From Saccharofermentanales bacterium (lineage in GTDB: Bacteria > Bacillota > Clostridia > Saccharofermentanales > DTU023), in assembly GCA_041655695.1 (NCBI GenBank), contig JBBAEW010000004.1:1-60448 (forward strand): DNA of 60,448 nucleotides, written 5' to 3'. Below the pieces are notes generated by a model. The model was not told the origin of the DNA and did not search any database. It saw only the letters and a program-made list of their open reading frames with translations. The translations under genes and the position numbers were made by a program. Positions 1 through 9,011 of the stretch are shown piece by piece. Positions within the stretch are counted from its first letter, which is position 1. Every line of letters begins with the position of its first letter.

Positions 1-321
1 ACTGCCCATGAAAATATTTTGATAGGCGCTGAAGAAGGGAACCAGGTTGATCTCCTGGTGGATGGTAAAGATACCGGATTCTTCGCTCTCCCTGACGGCC
101 TTGAAGGCAACTTCCTCATTGCGGATAATGCAGCAGCCTGATGTAGCCTGGTAGACACCTGACAGAATCTTGACGAAGGTGGACTTGCCGGCGCCGTTTT
201 CACCGATCAGGGCGTGAATCTCACCTGCCCGCAGGCTGAAATCAAAGTCCGAGAGGACTCTGACCCGGTTGAACTCCTTGCAGAGCTTCTCTGTAGTCAG
301 TAGATCTGCTTTTGTTTGCAT
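1..321 (-). CDS. Sugar (CUT2/RbsA-type) ABC transporter ATP-binding protein, N-terminal part; runs off the window edge
   Basis: Not in the ORF track. Read manually from ATG at 321: MQTKADLLTTEKLCKEFNRVRVLSDFDFSLRAGEIHALIGENGAGKSTFVKILSGVY...IHQEINL. Walker A GENGAGKST, Q-loop, RBS GGGAG upstream. Confidence 0.92.
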   Translation of the reverse strand, partial: MQTKADLLTTEKLCKEFNRVRVLSDFDFSLRAGEIHALIGENGAGKSTFVKILSGVYQATSGCCIIRNEEVAFKAVRESEESGIFTIHQEINLVPFFSAYQNIFMGS

Positions 322-365
322 TTCTTACTCCCTATGCTTATCCAAAAGGGTCTCCAAAGAGCCCT

Positions 366-1358
366 TTAGTCTTCTTTCGAACAGGCAGCCTGCCCCTTGA
401 GGTCACGGCTCAGCAAGGCGGCGCCGATGATGCCGGCGTCATTGCCCAGTCGGCAGGCTTCAATAGGAACCTTGGGTATCCCATCCGACATGGGCAGCTC
501 CTGGTCCACTTTCATGCGCAGCCCCTCAAGGAGAATCTCGCCGGCGTCGCCTATGCCCCCGCCGATCAGGAGGATCTCTGGCCGGTAGGAAACCAGGGCA
601 TTGCAGACTCCGATGGCCAGGTAGGTGGTGTAGAGGTCTACGATTGCCAGGGCGCAAGGCTCGCGGTCCTCCGCGGCTCCGAAGACGGTGCGGGGGTCCA
701 CCCGGCTGGGATCCGATCCGGCCTGATCTACAAACCAGGCCGGGAGATCCATTCTTCCTTCAAGGACGGTTTTTGTGGCATAGCGGACACCGTAGACGGA
801 CGCGTAGGCGTCCAGGCAGCCGAACTTGCCGCAGGAACACAGCTGGCCGTCTTTGACAATGATGGTATGGCCGGGCTCAATGCCGTATCCGGTGCCGCCC
901 CGAAAGAGACGGCCGTCCAGGATGACGCCGCTGCCCACGCCCGTACCCAGTGTGAACATGAAGACCTGTTCATAGCCTGCCGCGCTGCCGCAGATGTATT
1001 CCCCGTAGACGGCGCAATCGGCATCGTTGTCGATGTTAAGCCGGACGCCGGGGAAAACCTCCTCCAGCAAGGCCGGAAAATCGACATTCTGGAGGCCCAG
1101 GTTGTAGGCATGGAGGAGGGTGGAGGTTTTGGGATCCACCGGACTTGGCACACCCATGCCGACCCCGCCCAGGTCAGATCGGTCCAGGCCGGACTCTGCC
1201 AGCAGCTCATCGATCACCTGGCTGATATCCTGGACGATCTCACGCGCTGGCCTGGGCGCCCGGGTTGGAATGGAACGTTTGCGCAGAAGCGCGCCCTTTT
1301 CGTCCACCAGGCCCGTGGCGATGTTGGTCCCGCCCAGATCTATTCCTATATAAACCAT
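366..1358 (-). CDS. ROK-family sugar kinase
   Basis: IGIDLGGTNI phosphate loop, NDADCA, LGTGVGSG, EPGH..CSCGKFGC zinc motif, GIIGAA. No N-terminal HTH, so an enzyme rather than a repressor. ATG 1358 preferred over TTG 1364. Confidence 0.9.
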   Translation of the reverse strand: MVYIGIDLGGTNIATGLVDEKGALLRKRSIPTRAPRPAREIVQDISQVIDELLAESGLDRSDLGGVGMGVPSPVDPKTSTLLHAYNLGLQNVDFPALLEEVFPGVRLNIDNDADCAVYGEYICGSAAGYEQVFMFTLGTGVGSGVILDGRLFRGGTGYGIEPGHTIIVKDGQLCSCGKFGCLDAYASVYGVRYATKTVLEGRMDLPAWFVDQAGSDPSRVDPRTVFGAAEDREPCALAIVDLYTTYLAIGVCNALVSYRPEILLIGGGIGDAGEILLEGLRMKVDQELPMSDGIPKVPIEACRLGNDAGIIGAALLSRDLKGQAACSKED

Positions 1359-1360
1359 GC

Positions 1361-2482
1361 TCAAGCCCTTTCCTTCTTCCTGACATCCCCGGGGGACGGA
1401 GAAGCGTGACCTCTTGTACCCATGAGACGGGTAAAATCATCATTGGCCGGCGCGTTGGGATCCAGACCCAGCCTGTAAGGGATGCTGGCGGCCAATGTAT
1501 GAAGGGCAGTTGTGTGAAGCAGCACGGATTCAAGCTCGTCAAAGGCCGGCAGCTGGATGACCGCGTCATGGGCCGGAGCCTGACCGCTTGAATCCAGAAG
1601 AAGCACATGCGGTGTGATCTGGTTCAAATAGGTCAGAATTTTCCCCATACGGTTGGAATAAGCCCCTCCGCTGTTGAGGAGAATCAGGTGGCTGTCCTTC
1701 TTGACAGCCCGGTGCATGCCATGTGAAAACTCCGTGTAATCACTGACCATGGTGGGAAGGCAGAGAGTCTCCATGAGTTTCAGCTGGCCTTCCAGGGCTG
1801 TGCCGAAATTAAGACCGTCCCCCAGAAAGAAGACATGATTCACATCATGGAAGAAACCGCTTTGGTCAAGCCACAGGTCAACACCTTCCATGATGGGAAG
1901 GATCTGATCGATCATCTGGCGCATCTCCAGGCCAATGGATTCCATGCGTGCTGGAGAAAGGATCCGCCTCTTGGCGGCAGCCCCCATAGCCAGCTTGAGG
2001 AGGGCATAGAGGGTGCAGACATAACCCTTGGTCTTGGCGTTGCTGTCCTCAGGCCCGCAGCCCAGGGCCACCGCGTAGTCGCTTGCCAGGGCCAGCTCCG
2101 TCGATTGGTGTTCGGAAAGGGCCAGAACCCCATAACCTGCCTTGCGGATTTCAAAGACCAGATCCAGGACTCCACGGCTGGTGCCCGTCTGGCTGATGGC
2201 CAGAACCAGGGTCTCCCCGACCGGCCCCAGATTGACCGGTCTGTCGCCCCAAAGCAGGGGGTCGGGCAGGAAGACCTCAACCGCAATGCCGGCCCAGCGC
2301 TGGAAAAGCGGCCCGATGGTCCGTGCTGCGTTATAGGAGCTGCCATGGCCCACGATAACCAGCTTTTTGATGGAATCAAAAGCCACCAAAGCCGCAGCTT
2401 CGGCCTCCTGAGACCTCAGAAGTTCCAGGAGCAGCTCTGGCTCCTGGAGCATGTATTGATGCATGACGTTTTTTGCCGGCAT
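1361..2482 (-). CDS. Double SIS-domain sugar-phosphate isomerase/deglycase (GlmS C-terminal/FrlB/AgaS-like)
   Basis: GHGSSYNAA, ISQTGTS, KTKGY, EGQLKLME and EFSHG motifs; no glutaminase domain. Confidence 0.85.
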   Translation of the reverse strand: MPAKNVMHQYMLQEPELLLELLRSQEAEAAALVAFDSIKKLVIVGHGSSYNAARTIGPLFQRWAGIAVEVFLPDPLLWGDRPVNLGPVGETLVLAISQTGTSRGVLDLVFEIRKAGYGVLALSEHQSTELALASDYAVALGCGPEDSNAKTKGYVCTLYALLKLAMGAAAKRRILSPARMESIGLEMRQMIDQILPIMEGVDLWLDQSGFFHDVNHVFFLGDGLNFGTALEGQLKLMETLCLPTMVSDYTEFSHGMHRAVKKDSHLILLNSGGAYSNRMGKILTYLNQITPHVLLLDSSGQAPAHDAVIQLPAFDELESVLLHTTALHTLAASIPYRLGLDPNAPANDDFTRLMGTRGHASPSPGDVRKKERA

Positions 2483-3195
2483 TAATCCAGTCCCATCAAA
2501 CGCTTGGCGTTGCCTGAATAGATCAGTTCCCTGTGAGCCTCATCGCGGACAACATATTCCAGCTTGGCTTTTTCCATATGGATATCGCCGAAGGGAGCGT
2601 CCGAGGAGAAGAGAATCTTCTCGGGGCCGGCCACCTTGTAGGCCAGATCAATGACCGGGACATAGGCGGCGCAGGTGCTCAGGTAGAAGTTTGGCAGGTC
2701 GCGGGCCAGCTCGGCTGCCCGCTCGTACATCATGGGGACGCCCATGTGGAAGAGGACAACCGGGACGTCCGGATAGGCCCGGGCCATCTGCGCCCATTTG
2801 TCAGGCAGGGAAAAGACGTCCGACTGGCCGTGGACAACAGCGATCTTCTTGTAGGCCCGGCAAAGGTCGAAATAGGGGTCCATGACACTGTGGCGGTCGG
2901 CGCTGTAGCCGAAACGGATGGCATTGAGCTTGAGACCGTAAAAGCCGTAATCGCGGAAGCAGACTTCCAGCTGCTCCTCCCCGTCTATATCCCAGGGGTT
3001 GATAACGGCAAAGCCCAGGGTCCGGTCCGGATAACGCTGACAGCAGTCCGCGATGTAATGGTTGTCAATGGTCTCCAGCTGGGAGCAGATCATACTGCGG
3101 TCCACGCCCGCCCCGTCCATCAGTTCCAGGAGGGACTCAAAGCGATAGTCCTCTCCCCGGCGGATCCCTATATGTGTCAACATGTCAATGATCAT
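2482..3195 (-). CDS. Amidohydrolase_2-family TIM-barrel metal-dependent hydrolase
   Basis: IIDMLTHIG (HxH variant), GLKLN, VVHG, LFHMG, ILFSSDAPF, GNAKRL C-terminus. Confidence 0.85.
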   Translation of the reverse strand: MIIDMLTHIGIRRGEDYRFESLLELMDGAGVDRSMICSQLETIDNHYIADCCQRYPDRTLGFAVINPWDIDGEEQLEVCFRDYGFYGLKLNAIRFGYSADRHSVMDPYFDLCRAYKKIAVVHGQSDVFSLPDKWAQMARAYPDVPVVLFHMGVPMMYERAAELARDLPNFYLSTCAAYVPVIDLAYKVAGPEKILFSSDAPFGDIHMEKAKLEYVVRDEAHRELIYSGNAKRLMGLD

Positions 3196-3201
3196 GACGC
3201 A

Positions 3202-3930
3202 TCACCCTTCGTTAATTTTGAAAAGCTTGAGCGCGTTCTTGTAAAGAACCTGCTCCTGTCCGCCCGGAATATCCTTGGTGGCATTGATGACCTTCTTGAT
3301 TTCCAGTTCAAAAACGCCCGCGTGAGGAGTCCCGGATCCCAGAAGAACCTTATGGGCCCCGGCCGCCTTGATGGTCCGGATAGCATTGAAGTCCATGCTT
3401 GCCGATGTTTCCGTATAGACATTGGAATATTTCTTGACGATCTGGACGGCGCTGGCGTTGTCATATTGGAGGCCCATGCGCTCCATGATGATGTTCAGTT
3501 TGGGGAAGTTCTCGGCCATCTGGGCAAAAAAGACAGGTGAAGAGAAGACTTCCGCCGCGCTCATGCACATGAGGGGAACTTCCAGCTTCTCCGCCAGTTC
3601 CAGCCAGGGATAGAAGACCGCCCGTTCACCCAGTGAGAAACCCTGGCGGATGGGGTCCATGTAAAGGCCGCGGAAGCCCTGTTTCTGGACTGCATTGACA
3701 AAGTCTTCCGCCTGGGGCGGAAACCAGGGATGGATGGTGTAAAGTCCGATCAGCCGGTCCGGGTAGTCCAGGATGGCCTGGGCCACGGAATCGTTGTCAA
3801 GGGATTCCGCATAGGTATGGACTACCGCCTTATCCACCCCCGCCTGGTCCATCTGCCGGACCAGGTCGCCTGCGTGGATGTCCGGCTTGACAAGGTGCCG
3901 GCCTATGGTATTGGTGATATCGACAATCAT
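3202..3930 (-). CDS. Amidohydrolase_2-fold protein with degenerate metal ligands (probable pseudoenzyme)
   Basis: Same architecture as its neighbour (MDQAGVDKAVV, YPDRLIG, NVYTETS, KNALKLF) but metal-ligand His/Asp positions are substituted. ATG 3930 follows a GAGGAAGAAGAAG RBS. Confidence 0.8.
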   Translation of the reverse strand: MIVDITNTIGRHLVKPDIHAGDLVRQMDQAGVDKAVVHTYAESLDNDSVAQAILDYPDRLIGLYTIHPWFPPQAEDFVNAVQKQGFRGLYMDPIRQGFSLGERAVFYPWLELAEKLEVPLMCMSAAEVFSSPVFFAQMAENFPKLNIIMERMGLQYDNASAVQIVKKYSNVYTETSASMDFNAIRTIKAAGAHKVLLGSGTPHAGVFELEIKKVINATKDIPGGQEQVLYKNALKLFKINEG

Positions 3931-3941
3931 CTTCTTCTTCC

Positions 3942-4958
3942 TCAATGATCCTTGATCCATTCAGGGCCAAAGAGACGGCCCAGAAGCGTTTCTGCCGCGA
4001 TGCTCTCCATGAGGGCGGACAATGATTCGCGGACAGGCGGTATGACGATCTGCCTGAGATTCTCATGGGCGGGAAGTGTTGAAGCCGTATAGGCCAGGAC
4101 CTTGCCGCCGTGCTCCAGAATATAGTTGACCATGCGCATCTCGGCCGTCCCCTCTTCGAAGACAGGAATAAAGAATTGCGCCAGGTAAGAGGCGCCCAGC
4201 TTGGAGCTGTGGTACTGGCCATGGGCATAGTCGGCGCACTCCCAGGAAGCGGCGCAGTTGTGCAGACCTTCCCTACAGGCCAGGGCCATCTGTTTGGCGG
4301 TTGGCAGGGAGGCATTGTTGGCGATGAAATCGTAAAGGAGGATATCTGAAGCAAAGTCAAAGGCCTCCTGGGTTTTCTCCAGCCACTTGTCATTCCAGTC
4401 ATCAATCCAGGCAATGATCCCGTCCACTTCACGCATGAAGGCCTCATCCAGACGGCCGATCAGGGCGTGGGCCAGGAGGTTGAGGAGCAGCATGGTGTGG
4501 GCATAAGTGATGCTGGTGATTGATTTCTCCACTCCGCCCACCAAAGGCAGGCCAAAATCCGCCATGGCAAAAACCTTGCTGTCCGGATTATTGCTGATGC
4601 CCACTGTCACCGTCTTCTGTCCGGCCTTCTCCAGCACTTCGACCACCTCAAAGGACCGGCCGGATTGCGAGATGGCGATGACCAGAGTCTTGTCATCGAT
4701 CTGTTGGCTCTGATAGCGGGAAAGTTCATAAGAACTTAAAGAAACCGCATGGTACCCGTTTTGAGTCAGGAGGCTGCGCACACTGTCCGTGGCGTACAGG
4801 GAGCTGCCCATGCCGGTGAGCAGGATCTTTTTCAGCCCCTTTTCCCTGACCTCATCTACAATCCCGGACAAGAGTGACGCACCCTCGCCCTTGTAGTAGT
4901 CCATCAGATTTCTGAGTGTTTTTCCTTGTGTTGTAACTTCCTGGATAAACCCGTTCAT
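3942..4958 (-). CDS. Double SIS-domain protein (second paralog)
   Basis: GMGSSLYA, ISQSGRSFEV, ISNNPDS, DYAHG; AGGAG RBS; first gene of the leftward operon. Confidence 0.85.
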   Translation of the reverse strand: MNGFIQEVTTQGKTLRNLMDYYKGEGASLLSGIVDEVREKGLKKILLTGMGSSLYATDSVRSLLTQNGYHAVSLSSYELSRYQSQQIDDKTLVIAISQSGRSFEVVEVLEKAGQKTVTVGISNNPDSKVFAMADFGLPLVGGVEKSITSITYAHTMLLLNLLAHALIGRLDEAFMREVDGIIAWIDDWNDKWLEKTQEAFDFASDILLYDFIANNASLPTAKQMALACREGLHNCAASWECADYAHGQYHSSKLGASYLAQFFIPVFEEGTAEMRMVNYILEHGGKVLAYTASTLPAHENLRQIVIPPVRESLSALMESIAAETLLGRLFGPEWIKDH

Positions 4959-5007
4959 GTATTCTCCTTAAGTGCTATTTCATGCCAATCACTTAGTTTT
5001 CATCTCC

Positions 5008-5036
5008 AGTTTAGGAGCACCCATGGTCAAAATCAA
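5008..5036 (-). promoter_or_regulatory. sigmaA-type promoter of the SIS/amidohydrolase/ROK/ABC operon
   Basis: Minus strand TTGATT (5036-5031), 17-bp spacer, TAAACT (5013-5008); about 50 nt upstream of ATG 4958. Confidence 0.65.
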
Positions 5037-5140
5037 TAGAATTTACGTGCGGTTATGTTCGAATAATACCAAATAAACAATTCACACGCCTCTGATTCTC
5101 AGATCCGCCGTCTGGTTGAAATTCGAATGGCTTGATTGGT

Positions 5141-5728
5141 TTATTTATCTACACCTGAGCTTGAGGCCTGATCATCCAACATGATCACATGGCCCACCGG
5201 AATCCGGTCGATGGCTTCCGTAATAGCCGCTGCCACCGCTTCTCCCAGGTCACTGTCCACTTCAATCAGGATACTTCCGTCCCGGACTACCTGCCGGGAA
5301 ACGTCCAGGGCCTCCTGGCCCGAATAGACGCCGATCAGTTTCAAAACTTCTGTCCCGTGGTCGAAGTCAACATGGACTTCCCCATCGGCCTCATTCATTA
5401 GAAAGAGGTAGGTCGAAACGACCTCTTTGGCTCCGTCCAGAATGGGGAGCCGGCTGGTGGCTTCCGGTGAATGGACGGTATAGGCCACCTTGGTCCGGTC
5501 ACTGACCAGACCCTTGACGATTTCAGCCCCCTTGCGTTCAAAGGCACCGCACAATTCGATCAAGTCGCAGTCTTCTTCAAAAGACAGGATTTTGCAGGCT
5601 GTCAGCGCTTGTTCAAAGGTATTCACTCCAAAGGCGACCAGGGTATTGTCACCGTAATGGATGGTGCGCTTCATCTGAAAGTCGGATCCATCACCCTCTC
5701 CAGTAATAAACACAAATGCACGATTCAT
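5141..5728 (-). CDS. Tandem DUF6506-like protein (two internal repeats)
   Basis: Repeat 1 RAFVFI...GVNTFEQA...LIELCGAF...VAY; repeat 2 TYLFLM...GVYSGQEA...LIEVDSDL...VGHV. Clearly similar to 18030..18338. GGGAG RBS. Confidence 0.65.
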   Translation of the reverse strand: MNRAFVFITGEGDGSDFQMKRTIHYGDNTLVAFGVNTFEQALTACKILSFEEDCDLIELCGAFERKGAEIVKGLVSDRTKVAYTVHSPEATSRLPILDGAKEVVSTYLFLMNEADGEVHVDFDHGTEVLKLIGVYSGQEALDVSRQVVRDGSILIEVDSDLGEAVAAAITEAIDRIPVGHVIMLDDQASSSGVDK

Positions 5729-5762
5729 CCTTGATTATCTCCCTCATCTCTTGGATCCCGCC

Positions 5763-5858
5763 CCCGGGGTGAGGCCTGATTGCCTCGCCCCGGGAACAGG
5801 ACGGCTTAGAACACGCCTGGGCACCCCGGGGCGCCGTTGCCGGCTTCCGGGGTACCCT
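5763..5858. repeat. Two GC-rich hairpins between the SBP gene and the DUF6506-like gene
   Basis: CCCGGGGTGAGGC/GCCTCGCCCCGGG and GGGCACCCCGGGG/TTCCGGGGTACCC; no U-tract, so more like mRNA-stabilising stems. Confidence 0.5.
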
Positions 5859-5871
5859 CAATGCGCCTGCC

Positions 5872-7062
5872 TTATTTCAGGCCGTTGCGCACATAATCGA
5901 CCAGATCTTCGTGTTGGAGGAACTCGAAGAAAAGGCTTTCCTGAACGACCACTTTGGCCAGATCGATCGAGCCCTCAGGGATTGCCCCGGAGGAGTAGTT
6001 CTGATCAAGGTAGTAGTCCGCGTAGTGTTTCCAGTAAATCGGTGATTCCGTATTGTAGATGGTGGCCAGAGACTGATCCAGTGTCTGGAAGTCAACCATC
6101 TCCTGCATGGCCCAAATGCCCTGCTCCAGTGTCAGATCGCTTGAAGCATGCTCTTTCAGGTACTCCAGCTGGTAAGGAACAAAATTCTCGGGCTCTTTCT
6201 TCAGAAGCTCCGCGGCGCGGTAGTGGACGGCCAGGACCTTCATGACCGTATCTCTCTTCTCTTCCAGGTACTTCTCTGTCGTGCCTGAACCGGAGAGCCA
6301 GAAGCCGCCGATGCCCATTTGGTCGCCCATGGCCAGGGAAACGTACTTGTCCGACTGCTCAAGCAGCAGGAGGGTGTTGTTCATGCCGCCCATGTAAAGA
6401 TCACACTCGCCGGACTGGAAGGCCGCATTGGCCTGGCCGTCATTGGCGAAGTTCATGATTTCCAGGTCACCGGCAACAAGACCGCCGGCAGCCAGGGCGC
6501 CGTTGATGGTGCCCAGGTAGACGGACTCCAGGGTCGCCATGGATTTGCCCTTCATTTGGGCCAGGGCCGCTGTACGAGCCGCTTCATAGTCACCGTCCAG
6601 CTCTTCGTAGAATTCGGCAAAGGTTTTGATTCCGCTATCCGCTCTGGCGACGATGGTGAAGCCCATGGTCTGGTCATTGTTCAAAAAGACCCGAAGTTCC
6701 GGGGCATTGGGCCAAACCGGATAGAAGGAGGCGATGGCGCCCTGCGCAATATCAATAGAGCCATTGATCAGCGCTTGTACGGCGACGTTTTCAAGGGGGA
6801 AGGGGATGATTTCGAAATCAAGGCCCATTTCCCGGTCAAGGCCGACGCCTTTGGCTGCGATGAGTAGTGTGTAGTCGAAGTATGGCAGTGCTCCGATTCG
6901 AACTTTCTCCAGTTCAACCGGTGTGGGGTCCGTTACGACCGGGCCGTCGGTTTTGACTGGATCACTTCCATCTGTAGGAGGCGTTTCCGGCTTCGGCGTG
7001 CACCCAATCAACAGTCCTAATACAAGAACCATAATGAGCGCGATTAATGCTGTGCGTTTCAT
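5872..7062 (-). CDS. NitT/TauT (SsuA/THI5-like) ABC transporter substrate-binding lipoprotein
   Basis: ATG 7062 MKRTALIALIMVLVLGLLIGC lipobox, Pro/Thr linker, VRIGALPY, ALINGSIDIA, AFQSGECD; follows the permease and ATPase genes. Confidence 0.85.
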   Translation of the reverse strand: MKRTALIALIMVLVLGLLIGCTPKPETPPTDGSDPVKTDGPVVTDPTPVELEKVRIGALPYFDYTLLIAAKGVGLDREMGLDFEIIPFPLENVAVQALINGSIDIAQGAIASFYPVWPNAPELRVFLNNDQTMGFTIVARADSGIKTFAEFYEELDGDYEAARTAALAQMKGKSMATLESVYLGTINGALAAGGLVAGDLEIMNFANDGQANAAFQSGECDLYMGGMNNTLLLLEQSDKYVSLAMGDQMGIGGFWLSGSGTTEKYLEEKRDTVMKVLAVHYRAAELLKKEPENFVPYQLEYLKEHASSDLTLEQGIWAMQEMVDFQTLDQSLATIYNTESPIYWKHYADYYLDQNYSSGAIPEGSIDLAKVVVQESLFFEFLQHEDLVDYVRNGLK

Positions 7063-7167
7063 ACAAAGTATCCTTTCCTCTTTCCTGCGAGGCAAACGTT
7101 TCGCCCCGCCCATCTATTTGAAGTGCCTTGGCACATCAAAACTCAAATCACCCGCCAAGGCCCGGGA

Positions 7168-7983
7168 TCAGGCCTTGCGGGAACCGGCCGCCTTGTAGGT
7201 GCGGTCCAGGGCATGTGACTTGCCGCTCCTGGTTGTCCAGACCGTGGCCCGCCTTTCAATGGCGGCGATCAGACGGTCAACAACGATGGCAAAGGTGCTG
7301 TAAATAATGACAATGACCAGAATCCCGCTGGTCCTCAGGTATTGCTGCTGAACGATCATCAGGTAGCCCAGGCCGGTCTGGCTGCCCATGAATTCCGCGG
7401 CCACATCCAGGCCGAAGGAAGTCGCTGCCGCCAGCCGGATGGCGCCGATAATATGGGGGATGATGTAGGGAACAACAATGCTGGTAAAGACTTTGATCCG
7501 GTTGGCCCCCAAGGTCCGGGCCGCTTCTATGTAAATATTGGGAATATTGCGGATTGCCTCGGTTGTCGTCACCCCCATGGTGACCGAACAGCCCAGGGCG
7601 ATCAGGGCGATCTGGGGTGTGCGCCCGATACCGAACCAGAGAACAAACATGGGGATCAGGGCAAAGACGGGAATGGGCCGCATGAAATCAAAGATGGAGC
7701 CGAACATGTTGAGGAACATGCGGCTGTATGCCATGACCATACTGGAGACGATCCCGAAAACGGATCCGATCAGAAAGCCGGTCAGGATCATGCTCATACT
7801 GATGCCGATGGCCTTGGGAAGTTGGGGCGCCATCATCTTGAATGCATCCAGCAGATTCTTGGGGCTGGGCAGGAAGAGGGGCCGGACCAGTTTGTATTCG
7901 GTCAGAATGATCCAGGCGGCAAGAAGGACCAGGACCGGGATGGTCTTCTGGATCCGGTTGACAACATTTCGATTAAGCCTCAT
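7168..7983 (-). CDS. NitT/TauT ABC transporter permease
   Basis: FLPSP, RPIPVFALIPMFVLWFGIG, EAARTLGA loop, AAEFMGSQTGLGY. Confidence 0.92.
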   Translation of the reverse strand: MRLNRNVVNRIQKTIPVLVLLAAWIILTEYKLVRPLFLPSPKNLLDAFKMMAPQLPKAIGISMSMILTGFLIGSVFGIVSSMVMAYSRMFLNMFGSIFDFMRPIPVFALIPMFVLWFGIGRTPQIALIALGCSVTMGVTTTEAIRNIPNIYIEAARTLGANRIKVFTSIVVPYIIPHIIGAIRLAAATSFGLDVAAEFMGSQTGLGYLMIVQQQYLRTSGILVIVIIYSTFAIVVDRLIAAIERRATVWTTRSGKSHALDRTYKAAGSRKA

Positions 7984-8770
7984 AAGTATCCCTGCCTTTT
8001 TTCGTTAAGAGAACATTCATCACATCGATCAGTTCCTTGCGCATGACCTGGAATTCAGGGGACATTTTGATATCGACACTGCGCGGCCGCTCAAACTCCG
8101 GATAATAGATATTGTGAATTTTCCCCGGATCGGACTGGAAGACAATGATCCGGTCGGCCAGGTAAATGGCCTCCTCCAAATCGTGGGTGACAAAACAAAT
8201 CGTTTTCCCGGTCTCGGCCCAGATGCGAAGAGTCTCAACCTGCAGATTCTCCTTGGTCATGGCGTCCAGCATGCCAAAAGGCTCGTCCATGAGCAGGACC
8301 TCCGGGTCATTGGCAAAGGCGCGGGCCATATCGACCCTCTTGCGCATGCCGCCCGACAGTTCCTTGGGATAGGCCTTGCGGCGGCTGTAAAGGCCGACAA
8401 GATTCAGGTAATGATCGGTGACTTCGCGGCGATCCTTCCTGGACATATTCTTTTGCTTCAAACCGTATTCGATATTTTTTTCAACGGTCAGCCAGGGAAA
8501 AACCGAATCGTCCTGAAAAACCATTGCCCGGTCGGCACCGGGTGTCAGGATGGCCTGCCCGTTCATCAAAAGGTCGCCGGAAGTCGGTGTCAGAAGACCC
8601 GCAATGATCCGAAGCAGTGTGGACTTGCCGCATCCGGACGGACCGACAAAACAGACAAACTCGCCCTCGGATATGTCCAGATCAAAGTCGTCCAGGACAT
8701 GGACATCCCCCTTTTTCGAGAAGAAGGTCATATTAATCTTTTGCAACGAGATTTTCTTCACCTGTGCCAC
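7973..8770 (-). CDS. NitT/TauT ABC transporter ATP-binding protein
   Basis: GPSGCGKST, LSGGMRKRV, LLMDEPF, VTHDLEEA. GTG start at 8770 (or 8761). Confidence 0.93.
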   Translation of the reverse strand: MAQVKKISLQKINMTFFSKKGDVHVLDDFDLDISEGEFVCFVGPSGCGKSTLLRIIAGLLTPTSGDLLMNGQAILTPGADRAMVFQDDSVFPWLTVEKNIEYGLKQKNMSRKDRREVTDHYLNLVGLYSRRKAYPKELSGGMRKRVDMARAFANDPEVLLMDEPFGMLDAMTKENLQVETLRIWAETGKTICFVTHDLEEAIYLADRIIVFQSDPGKIHNIYYPEFERPRSVDIKMSPEFQVMRKELIDVMNVLLTKKGRDTYEA

Positions 8771-8982
8771 CGCCTTGTAATCTTTCGCTTGTCAACTTCC
8801 GCGCACTTACAGTCTGATCCCCGGCTTCCGGAAGGAGGTTCCGGGCTTCGACAAGCCAGTATGGCCAAAGAATGAGTCCGGCAGATAGACCGCTTGTGTA
8901 TTTTGTGTCAAGGATTTCAGTCAGACTGTCCCCCACACTCTCCTCTGGGCAGACTTTGACCGATCCGGCCCGCCCCCCGCTC

Positions 8983-9011
8983 AGTCTAAAAGCTGAAAGA
9001 AACAAAATCAA
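8983..9011 (-). promoter_or_regulatory. sigmaA-type promoter of the NitT/TauT operon
   Basis: Minus strand TTGATT (9011-9006), 17-bp spacer, TAGACT (8988-8983); shares a 16-nt block with the promoter at 5008-5043. Confidence 0.6.

Noticed and set aside
312..3540. Long plus-strand ORFs (312..1409, 1835..2485, 2533..3540) and similar antisense ORFs across the window (e.g. 10284..11405, 19866..21041, 23836..25134, 48367..49518)
   Set aside because: They are shadow frames opposite well-supported genes, expected in GC-rich DNA with strong codon bias; they have no motifs or RBS.
8733..9011. 92-aa minus-strand ORF spanning the NitT/TauT leader (possible leader peptide)
   Set aside because: It starts at TTG inside the predicted -35 box. 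The internal GTG is only ~3 nt from a GAGGAG, and the peptide has no recognisable features. Not excluded, but unsupported.
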